From contig NC_087247.1 in assembly GCF_037042905.1 (NCBI RefSeq), forward strand, positions 11,408,001-11,472,000: a stretch of 64,000 nt of DNA. The letters are read 5' to 3'. Shown here in pieces: positions 48,701 through 60,700 of the stretch. This stretch comes from Lytechinus pictus. Its lineage: Eukaryota. Made by a program: the position numbers and the translations under genes. The stretch's first letter is position 1, and each line of letters starts with the position of its first letter. Under the pieces are notes generated by a model that saw only the letters and a program-made list of their open reading frames with translations, did not search any database and was not told the DNA's origin.

Positions 48701-51700
48701 ACGTCGCGTCTCCTTGGTCTACAGACTATCCCCATGCTCTCACTGAGATGCCGTATCATCTAGTACAGGCTGGATTGTTCGCTGAACTCAAGAATGTACT
48801 GTCGGATCCGTTCTTCATCCAGGCCAAGTGCTCCTCGGGGCTGACGGCGAGTCTCCTGGAAGATTTCCAGGTGAGGGGGTCATGATGGTGGTGGCGAAGA
48901 TGATGGCTTTGATGGTGNNNNNNNNNNNNNNNNNNNNNNNNNNNNNNNNNNNNNNNNNNNNNNNNNNNNNNNNNNNNNNNNNNNNNNNNNNNNNNNNNNN
49001 NNNNNNNNNNNNNNNNNNNNNNNNNNNNNNNNNNNNNNNNNNNNNNNNNNNNNNNNNATGATGATGATTTTGATAATGATGATGATTTTAATGATTACAA
49101 ACATAATGAAGATGATGTTGGTGGTGATTTTCGTGATTTCACTAATAATGATAATTATGATGGAGATGATGATGATATTGAAAATAAGAAGTAAATTTTT
49201 GAATAACAAATGCCTTTTTAAAAAGCCATCAAATGTCGTGTTAATATATTCTTTAATTTCTTGGATGACAAACAGGCTAACACATCCACCACATCCAAGG
49301 CAATCCTTCGGGAACGCGAGAAATTCCTGACCAACCCGCTCATCACCGGCTTGCGCTCTTTCATCTCTCGACACCTCCACATCCTGACCCTCTGCCCAGG
49401 GTTGCTATGGCAACAGGCAATGAACGAACCAAATAACTCCCTCGTCCGCGATGCTATGCTGGAATCTGCGGGATCGGGAGGGAAGGGTATGGTGGCTTGG
49501 AGGAACAAAAGAGAAACGGCTGATGAATGCGCCATGACCCTGACAGGGTTCACTGATGTATGTTAATACCTCTTTTTTTTTTTTGCTTAATAAACATATC
49601 TATCTTAAGTTTAATCCATTGGATCCTTTAGCAAGTTTATGGGAATTACCGAAGCTGGGGCCCTGCCTTATAAATCCTGATTTTGATTGGGTGCTGAGCC
49701 CTGTTCACCGTAGTACACTGTAGTTGGCATAATTTTGCAGTTGCCATAGTTGTAACTATGTAACTATTTATGAAACAGGCCCCTGATACTAAGATGCTAG
49801 TTTTATCTTCAAGTTTCTTGCTTTATATGAACTATATCATGAAGTTTATTAGACATTCAAGAATAGGCTCATCTGGGAACTGATCCCCTTTTTTCTCCAC
49901 AAAGCACTACATTATTGTTTGTATTATTGGCATTCCTGAAAGCATCTGATTATAGAAATACACTTGTGATTGACACAATGAAATGAATATTTTTTTGCTC
50001 TCTCACTGAATTATACAAAATGTATTTGATATGCTACCCTCTTCACTGATTTTTGTCTGCATTGTTGTATGTATTGATAGTCTTCCTGAAGGTGTCTGTT
50101 GAAATATACATTTGATTGTAAAAAAAAAAATAGTAATGTTGTTGCTCTTTATAGCATTATCATTATATTTTGATTTATGACATTTTTAGAATAAATTTTC
50201 TCGACAAAATTTTACTATACTTTTGAGTATATTGAGCAGAAAATCAACTTTATTTATTGAATTTTTACTATACTTTGATTTATGAAATTCTTAGAATGAA
50301 TTTCCTTGACAACAGTTTACAATACTGTTGAGTGTATTGAGCAGATAGAGCATTCTATGGTAAAAGTAAAAATTGATGCAATTAATATAAATATGTATCG
50401 CATCTGTTGTTCTTTAGGCTGTGCTATGTGTAGCTATAGCTCCTGGAGCTCAGGTCTTTGCTGTCGGGACCAAGAACTGTCAGCTCAAGCTCTTTGAGAT
50501 GGAGACCGGCAAGGTATATATTGTATTACTTCTTTTTGCCTCTGTGCGCCGTTTGGTTTTTTTTAATGTCAAATGTTGAAGGATAAATTTATCAGGATAT
50601 AGTTCTATGCAATATGATAGGTCAGAATGTCGACTGCAGTCAAGAATTTCTCTAGTTTTAGACAGTGAACCTGTTGCATTAGACTTGTTATCAATAACAT
50701 TTGGACGGCAAACTAGCTCCAGTCAGTTAAATGGCCTGGGGCCCGTAACACAATGGTTAGCGATTAATGGTTCACTTAATTGTACATTGTAGTCAATGCA
50801 ATTAATTGTGTTTCGGGGCCCCTGGCTTCATTAGTATATAAACAGTGTCTTGAGATTTGCCATTGATAAGTTGTGTGGTTTTTTTTTTTTAAACAAGGGT
50901 AAGGAAAATAAGTGGCTCCATTTATTAAGTTATAGTTATATCATGTTGAGCTTGGTCATAGTCATAATTTGTTGTCGAAAATGGGTATGTATCAGTCCAA
51001 TATTGTTAAAACACCGGGGAAATATGGGGTATTTTTGTAGCGTAAGAACAAAAAAACTGTATTCTTTATATTATTACTAACTGTAAACAAATATCTTCAT
51101 CAGTTTTCTTCTGGAATATTTGGGTTTTATTCAGGAATTAAAGAGCTTCATTGGACATTCTGATGCTGTGACATCTTGTTGCTTTGTTGGTAAAAGCCGT
51201 CTTGTCTCCGCCTCGCGTGACAAAACACTGAGTCTTTGGGATGTTGAGCAGGGCTTCAGGTAAGTGGCTCCACTTAAAAGCGGAATGAATTTACAAAAAA
51301 CAAAACCATGACAACTACCAAAAACATTCCATGAATCATTGATGAGTGCAAAGTTGGCCTTAAAAAGGGGAATATTTCTGGAATCCTGTGATAAAAGTCT
51401 GTGAATATAACTAGTATTACTTTTAAAGTTAATGATTTTTGTTATTTATTAGACACCATGCAAAGAGGTAAAGTTCGCCTCTGGTTGACTTCTCATGAAG
51501 GATACTGGAACACTATTTTAATGGCACTGTAAAGCATTTGAACATAGATAAGCAAAACTTACATCTGGGTAAAATTTCTCTTTTCTTGAGGTCCAAAATT
51601 TCAATGATATTGAACAGAAAGTTTGGTACATACATGATGGTCTATTAGGAATTCATAAGATTATGTCGCATTATGCAATATGCTTTGACAAAACTCTACG

Positions 51701-54700
51701 AAATCTCACACTATTCCTGCCATCACCCCTCTAGGGTCAACACACTCAAGGGTCACAGGGGGCTCGTCAGCGGGTGCATCTCCGACTCCAAGGGGGTCAA
51801 CCTGGCCTCCTGCGGCTGGGATTGCCGGGTCCTGATCTGGGACGGCCGCAGCGGCAAGCAGACCTCGGACATCACCGAGCCGCGCCCCATCAGCTGTCTG
51901 TCCTACCATCCGGAAGGGAAGCTTCTCGTCACCGGGTCGTGGGATGCCACGCTGAAAATCTGGGACACCTTCAACAAGAAGAGAGTGGCCGTAAGTACAC
52001 GTTGACATTGGATTATAATAATTCTGATAATGATGCAACTTATAGCGCCGACAAATCCACACTGCAGAGTGCTCAAGTACCCAACTGTAGCCAACTATCT
52101 TTATGGTGCACTGGTGTTTCACTTCAAGAAAATTCTGCAATGTACCCCTTTACTACCATTGGGTTGAGTGCAGTACAATGTGGACAAATTTCTTGCTGAA
52201 GAAAATAAAGGTACCCATTTACTACACCATTTACTAAACCTGGCTTGTGCAGGAGTCGTCAGGTAGACCACTCACATGGCATTATTAGAAATAACCAATT
52301 TATGTTTGAACACTTTGCAGATTCTGCGCGGTCACCGTTCTTCCGTCCGTGCCGTCACCTATTCACCGACTGGTCGTCACATTGCATCTGCGTCACTAGA
52401 TGGCGCTGTCAAACTCTGGTCGGCAGACACCGGAACACAGGTTAGTACACATGATTAGGTTGTACTTCAATATCTTTATTCAACAGTGGATGGCACCTTG
52501 TCAAAAGTCAGATCCAGAGTCACATGTTCAACTCGAATTAGAAAAATGTACTATCATGTCAACTGTATTTGTGATTTATGTCATTCTTCGAACAATGTTT
52601 AAATGAAATTCGAATTCCCTAATAGTACATGATACAAACTTTGAAGTTATCATCTTCCAATTCTCCTTTTTTTTTTCAATTTTAGTTCAATTCAATAAAT
52701 TCATTTCCTCTAACAATCTTTTCATATTTACAATGATAGTAACAATTAAATATTTGCACAATGTAAATCAAATGGCACAATACAATAACAGCATGAAATT
52801 GAAAGAGAAAAGGAGGCTAACTAAAAATCAGAGCTTGCCGTGTGAAGGCCCCCTATTATAAGTACAGTACATATAATAAATTATTTCTTAATCAAATTAT
52901 AACAAATATGAAAAATATTTTTACATTTTATTTTGGTGCCCTCTTCACAGGTCGGCAGTCTGTGCGGCCATTCCCAGCCAATCAACCACATTGCTTTCTC
53001 GCAGAGCGGGAGGGAGCTGGTCACTGTGAGCAATGACCACAAGACTAAGGTATAAACAGCTGCAATCAAGTAACTTCTGAAGGTTTCCATGTCAAAGAAA
53101 GAAAAAATATAGCGGGTTCATGATACACCATGTATTTTTTTTGCGGGCATGTGTTGGTCCTGATAAGGACTTCCCAAACTGGATGTTTTGACCAGTGTGT
53201 TCTGCTCGTCTTCCGGAGACAAGGAGATGAGAAGAACATGCTTATACTTGCCAAAACGTCAAGTTTGGATGGTCATTTAGTTTTCATTTATTCTACCTTC
53301 ATATGTAAAAGTTTTTCAGGTGCAACACATGCCCACAAAAGAATTCAGGTGTACCGCGAAACCTCTATACTCTAGCTGCAATCAAGGCTGAGAATTTTGA
53401 GAAGATGGAGGAATGAGGTTATTGATTGAGTTCCGAGCATGAAGATTATTTGATTGCCCAACATTGTTATTAAAAAAATGATCTTTTTTGTTATGAATAT
53501 CATAGAAAAAGAGGCAAATTTAAAATTCCAGGTCTGTTATCTTCCAATAAGAATGTTAAAAGTTGAATTTCACTGCCAAAGGGATGACCTCCTGAAGAAT
53601 GTGTATTAAGCAATGTGCAAATGAATATGAAAATGGTGAAATCGAGTCTATTTGAAGTGTATGGTGATATGAAACTATGTAAAATGGGCTATATTCCTAT
53701 CATATTCTTATTGGAATTCTCCCTAGGGAGTGGAGAAATGCATACATTATATCCGATGACCGGGTTAATGATCTGTAAAGCGCTTAGAGGAATATTCTTG
53801 AAATTATGTTTAATGGGCTATATTCCTATCATATTCTTATTGGAATGCTCCCAAGGGAGTGGAGAAAGTGCATACATTATTAATGATCTGTAAAGCACTT
53901 AGAGGAATATCCTTGATTGATTGATGTCCTCAGGTTTGGTCAGGCAACCTCGGTAAACAGCTGGCTACCTTCAAGGGCAAGGACCAATCAGCATCCACCC
54001 AAGCCACCTTCAGCACCGACGGCGAGTTCGTTGCTATGGGATACCATTCTGGAGAGGTCAAGGTAATCGAAGTCGCCAGCAAGCGCGAGGTCTTTGCCTC
54101 GGTGCTCAGGGAGTCGCGGGTCAAAGGAATCGCCTGGTTGGACGATAGCAAGGATGGCTTGGCCGTCTTGGTGGGTTACGAGAGCGGACATGCTGTGGTA
54201 AGTGGTCTCGCACGTGTTCTTGTTTTTACATTCCAATATTTATGTTTGTGTACACTTTTGAACCTGTACATGCATTTTAAACTAATAGAAAATCAAGCAG
54301 TTGCTTCTTTTTGGAAGCAAGACCAAGAATAGACCTTTTTGCAGATACCTGCCTTCATGAAAGCCGTTTCTGAATTGTTTTAAAAAGTTGACAGCAAAGT
54401 TATCTATGCCAACTTGCATTAAAGTGAGTGAAATCAAATAGATCAAAATCAAAATCAGATGTGCAGTGATTCTTTTAGAAAATAAAGTATCGTCAAATAA
54501 AGTTTCTCGTGATAAATAAAGTAAAATTACAGTAGTGTTTGAGAACAGTCTTGTGTTATCAACTTTAATGCATATATTTTATGATGGTGTGGTGAAGGAC
54601 ATCCGAGGTGCAAGTCTTATACTGTAGTTTTGAAGAAATTTCAATCTGTTTTGTCGCTGTCCAAAAAGAATAGAATTACAAAAATCTAAATGCCATGAAA

Positions 54701-57700
54701 TTATTTAATGAATGTAGCAGTTGTTCACATTTTGAGCTGTTCATAATTAAGAGAGCAACTGATGCCAGACATTTCCTTTTCTGTGTGTGTTTGAATGCAA
54801 AAAAGTTCATACCGGTACTTGAATATTTCAACAAATTTTGCTTTGATGATGTTAACACATTTCCGTTTCTGCCATTTAATTTTGATAGATAATCAAGGGG
54901 GTTGAGAAGTCCAAGCCAACTGTAGTCCCACTCAAAGCAAACCACGCAGCCATCACCAGCCTGGCTTACTCCAACGCCACCCACACAGCCGCTGTCACCT
55001 ACGACAACATGTGTGTCGCCCTTTGGTCCTATCCGTTGGCTGCCAAAGCCGGCGCAAAAAATGGGTAGGTAGTGCTGGAAGCGCGACTGCTCTCTGTAAT
55101 AATATGGATGCATTTTACATTTTGGTTTTGTTGGTGATTTTAACTGAAAACTGTTCGAAGCTACTGAATGAAAGCCATGCAGTTGAGTGGTTGAGACCAA
55201 GTTTGTTGGTGAAAGTCACTGACAAGATGCTTTTAACACTAACCTACATGTAATGTCATTGGATGGTTCTTTTCGTTCTGTGTGTGCATATTACATAACT
55301 TCCAAATGTACCACAGACTTTTTTTTTCATCATGACTGTGGAGCAGTTGGATGTTTAATTTAGCTCGGAACGAACGTTCTCACTGTCATGACCCCCCCAA
55401 AATAATATTCACACTCATCTTCTACATGTAACTAAATTATTTTGTTTAAAGTTATTATTAAAGGACAAGTCCACCAGTTCAAAAAGGTTATTTTGATAAA
55501 AAAAAAGAGGAAATTCCAACAAGCATAACACTGAAAATTTCCTTAAAAATTGGATTTTAAATTTTTGAAAATTTTTAAGTTTTTAAAGTTTCTCTTAATT
55601 TTACGAACACTTATATGCACATCCTGATCCGTATGCAAATGAGGAAACTGATGATGCCATCCATTTTTTGTATATTATTATATGAAAATGAAATATTCTA
55701 ATTTTTCTCCTCATTGTCAACTAAAACAATGATTAATTCCTCCCTGAACATGTGGAATTAGCATTGCTTAAAGGAGAATGAAACCCTTGAAACCAGCTGA
55801 ATCCATATCAAAGAGAAAAATCAAAGAAACATATTGTTGAAAGTTTGAGGAAGATTGAATGAATAATAAGAAAGTTATGAGCATTCGAATATTGAGATCA
55901 CTAGTGCCATGTAGATCCTCCCAACGGCAATGCGACCAAGATCTGTGATATCACACACGTACAACTCCCTCATTACTTTAGTACTTATTTCACTTTCTCA
56001 CTTTTATAGAGTCTATATCACAAGGTGAGGTGTTCTAGCTCTTTATGAGATGACAAGTACAGAGGTTTCACAACATTATATCATTGATGAATCGTTTGTC
56101 ATATGATTAGAATGAGCAAAAAGGGATGTTTTGGGGTATATTTTCAGTGTCCAAATGGGAGAGTTGTACGTGTGTGACATCACAGATCTTGGTCGCATTG
56201 CCAATGGGAGGATCTCCATAGCATTAGTGATCTCGACATTCAAATGCTCATAACTCTTTTATTGCTAGTCCTATTTTTCTCAAAGTTTTGTTGATCTTAT
56301 TCTTTGATTTTTCTGCTTTCACAAAACCTAACTTGCTCCAAGAGTTTCATTCTCCTTTAATACTATATGGTTCAGTCAAATTGGTCCTTATTGTCTAATC
56401 TGTAAAAAATGGAATGTTGTATAATTCAAACAATAAAAAACGAAATCGAAATGGTGAGTGAGGAACATCATAGACTGTCTCATTTGCATGTCACAGAGTT
56501 GTGTATATTTCTGTTTTGTGAAAAATAATGCAAAACTTTAAAATGTCATACATATAACTTTCTTAATTTACATCCGATTTTGATGACATTTTCAGCGTTA
56601 TGCTAGTTTGAGTTTTCTCTATTTATTCTAATCAACTTTTTTCTGGGGTGGACTTGACCTTTAATGAAACCTTCCAATAGACTGCTTGATCCCTCCGAAT
56701 TTGAGGCATGATGACAGTGTACAAATGCACAGAGGAAGCCATCGAATTGACTGGTAAATTACATAATATAATTTACTTCAAGACATGATAAAGTCATTCA
56801 TATTGATATACATGTATTATTTGATATCTTCAAAAGTGAATTCAGATCAGCCACAAACTTCAAAGCCTTTGAATTTTCCTTTTCAGAATCCCACCTACAA
56901 ACCTACTGCATCCTAAGTGTAATGGAGTCATAACCTGCTGTACGTTCAGCCCAAGCGGGGATAGGCTGGTTCTAGGAACGAGAGATGCTGTGAGTACTTT
57001 ATTTAGAAAAAAAATAATGAAAGTTGCAGTAAAGATAGAAATAATCATTTTGAACTTTTGAATTTCTTTTCATATTTAGGGGAAAAAAATCATGAATAAT
57101 AAAGTTATGCTGCAAAGAATTGCTCTTCCTGTCCAGTGCCCTCAGAGTCAAAATATAACAAATGATTGGTGAACTGTTTGGCTGACAATTTTGGTGAAGT
57201 CCCATACATGCTTATCCATGTGCAGTGCATGTGACCAAAGATTTGCTTCTTAGATGCATTATAAATTTCACAATCACTGTAAGAGCGTTTTATCCATTAT
57301 AAGAATTCATAATTTGAATGATATATTCTCTTTAATACCATTACATCATGATGATTTATAGATAAAGTTGTAAACCACCTCTGAAAGAATTCTGCAATTT
57401 CAAGCAGGATCCATGTACACTCTAATGTTAAATCATTTATTCTGTCTTATGTCCGAGTGTTCCATTCTGATATTGAAGTTGAAAATTATTATCATTACAT
57501 TTACATGTTTTCTCTATGATGATTGTTTTTGGTGGAATAAAACTGGCGAGAACAGTTGAGAAAAAGCAAGTCGTCTATCTGAATAAAATCAGCTTTTGAG
57601 AAATAAAGATCACATTCAATGTATACGCTGTGAGCCAAGAAATAACAAATATTTATAGTTCGTTTTTTTTTTAGGTGCATTGTTCATATTCACGTGGACT

Positions 57701-60700
57701 CATTCCTCATTCAGCTTCGGACTGCAAGGAATTGTATTTAATTAATGAGTAAAGTCCATTAGTTATTTCAATTATTCTTTGATATTTTCCATTATTATTA
57801 TTATTTTTTTTTCAGATGTTGTTCGTTTACAAAGTATGGGGATTAAATCCAGAATCTCAGCCTGCCCTTCATCTTGATAACTGTCACAAAGATTGGATCA
57901 ATTCCTGTGCTTGGTCACCAGCCACTGATGTCTTGGTAAATATTCAAATCCAATATTGTCCTTCAGCTCGTACAATATGTCTTCGCATCCCACTCAAGGC
58001 CATCCAATATTTTTAGTATTTAGATATCCCCACAAAGCTTAACATAAATTTATAAAGCAAAAAAAAATGTTTTTACTAACCATCATTTATGGCAATCCTG
58101 TAAATCATTAGAATGGCGCCTGAGTGTTACCATTAAAAAAAAATATCTCTGTAAAGATGCGCTAGCGTATAGTGCAAGCGCAATTGAATTCAATAAATCA
58201 ACGCTTTACCACACCTCATGGTAACTCATACGCAATGCAATTTCATTGTGACGTAACAATAGCTTCGTGCGCACAATCATTTATTAACCAATGATAATCT
58301 TGTGGGCGTGGCAAAATATTCATTTCGTCCAGTATTTTCAATATTGCACGTTAAAAATCAGTTTTAATATTTTGTCTCTTTGATACAACTTCGCAAGACC
58401 TCAAAAATTGTCTGCCCCTCTAAAACCCTTCATCTAAATAATAATTATATTATATTGGATGGCTCAGAATGGGATACCAGTGATGTTCCACAAGTTAGGG
58501 CCAATAATGCACGAATCATAGATGAGGGCAATATTACATTATTTACATTATTATCATTATTATTTTTGATAGCCTAGATTGGCATACCGGTGATATTCCA
58601 CAAGTAAGGGCCATTATTGCATAAATTATAGATGAGTGCAATATTATTGTTATCATCATCATCTTCATTATCTTCATCATTATCATCATCATATTTATCA
58701 TCATCATTGTTTCATCATCATCACCTTCATCATCATCATCATCTTCATCATTACCATCACCATCATCACCATCTTCATCATCACCATCATCATCACCACC
58801 ATCATCATTGTTTATTATCTCAATCTTCCGTTTATCTTACACCTGCAGGCCACTGCATCCAACGATTCTACCATTAAACTATGGGACATGAAAACGGGAA
58901 AGGTCAAATCTCACCTCAAAGGTCATCAGGCAGCTGTCTACTCTGTTGCTTTCTCTGTAAGTTATCAACTTTTATATATTCCTTCTCTAATCTCTGTGTT
59001 TATACCATTTTTTTTTCAAAGTTTCAAATTTGCAGATGTGTAGCTTTTGAGCCCTGTGCAGTTCTGTTGTGTTATAATGTACATGTTTAACCCTGATCCG
59101 AAATTCCATTGTAACTTATAATTGGATGATTCCATAACATTCGCTTCGGTGGCAATTGCGCTGCTATAATTTCCACACTCTAATTGAATGACTAACTTCA
59201 ACCCTGGGTTTAACACTATACCCTATCCTTGACCTATCATAAGACCCAATTGCAACCCTATTCCAAACCCTACATCTTAGATGAAGTAAAGCCCAGAGCA
59301 GTTGTCGCAGGAGCAATTGTTGTGTCACCGTTTGGGTAGCTACTTTCCAATATTCAATGTGGAGCGTTGTGGCCCAGTGGATTTGTCTCCGGACTTTGAA
59401 ACAGAGGGTCGTGAGTTCGAATCCCAGCCATGGCATAATTTCCTTCGGCAAGAAATTTATCCACATTGTGCTGCACTCGACCCAGGTGAGGTGAATGGGT
59501 ACCCGATAGGAAGAAATTCCTTGAATGCTCGAGCGCCCGATTAAGGTAGCCGTGCTAAAGCCGGGGTAATAATAATAGCAGGGCCCGCTGGGAGAACAGT
59601 TTTGGGAACTGAAGTGGCTACCCTGGGTAAATATGCCGTTATTATTATTGTTATTATATTCGTTTTTTACTATTGAAATTTTGATTACAGTGAAACCTCT
59701 CTATGATGACCATTTTAGGGAGACATGAAAGGTGGTCTTTTTGAGCAGGTGGTCTATATGGACAGGTTCCTTTTACATATGTTTCAATGGGAGAGATTAT
59801 TCAAGGGAAACCAAACTTATAGGCCCGTATTCTGAAGTCGGGTTTAACTTAAACTTAGGTTTAAAGTTGTGGTTTAAGTATGGATAGCCAATTTTTACAT
59901 AAATCACTAACATAGAGGTATCATATTTCAGCTCATTTGGCTCTCAAATCAATTATAATTGTCTAGGAAGTATAAATAGATGATTGTCTTCACCATCGAT
60001 GAATCAGGAAAGAGCACAGTAAACATAAGAAACATACAACTTGATAAAAATTTTGTCACTTTTGGCTTCCCATACTTAAACCACAACTTTAAACCTGAGT
60101 TTAAGTTAAACCCGACTTCAGAATACGGGCTGTTGTCTTTATAGATGAGTGGTCCTTCTGTACAGGTGGTTGCTGAAGTAGGTTCGGCTGTTGCCGTGTA
60201 GATTTGAAAAATTCATTGATGTCTTGCTATGACTCCTCATAACACTTCTCCAATGCCTTCTTCTTGTCGGGTCACTTCACAAGACCTGTCCAGTGGAGGG
60301 TACAAGATCTGGCTCTGGAGTTAAAGGACTCCAGATCATCGGCAGTGCACGGACCAGAAGGTGTTGTATCGTCTGATCCGCCCCACACTCGCAAGCAGTG
60401 TCCCCATCTATGTTGTAGCCCCATTTCTGCATAAGGACTTTTCACCATCCTGTCCCAGACCGTAGGCGTTTAAGACATAGCCAGGTTGGCCATTCCTTAC
60501 TTGAACCCAGGGAGAGTGACTCGCTAGGTCCATAGGAAAGCTTGTGCGTCACAGACTGGAGGTGGTTGGACCACCTGCCTGAATGCAGCATCAAATCCTT
60601 GATCAAACACGAAAGATGGAGCTTAGCAACACTAGTCCTCCTGATCATACATGACAATATTCAATTTCAAGTCTAATGGGGTATTGCACGAAACTTGCGA

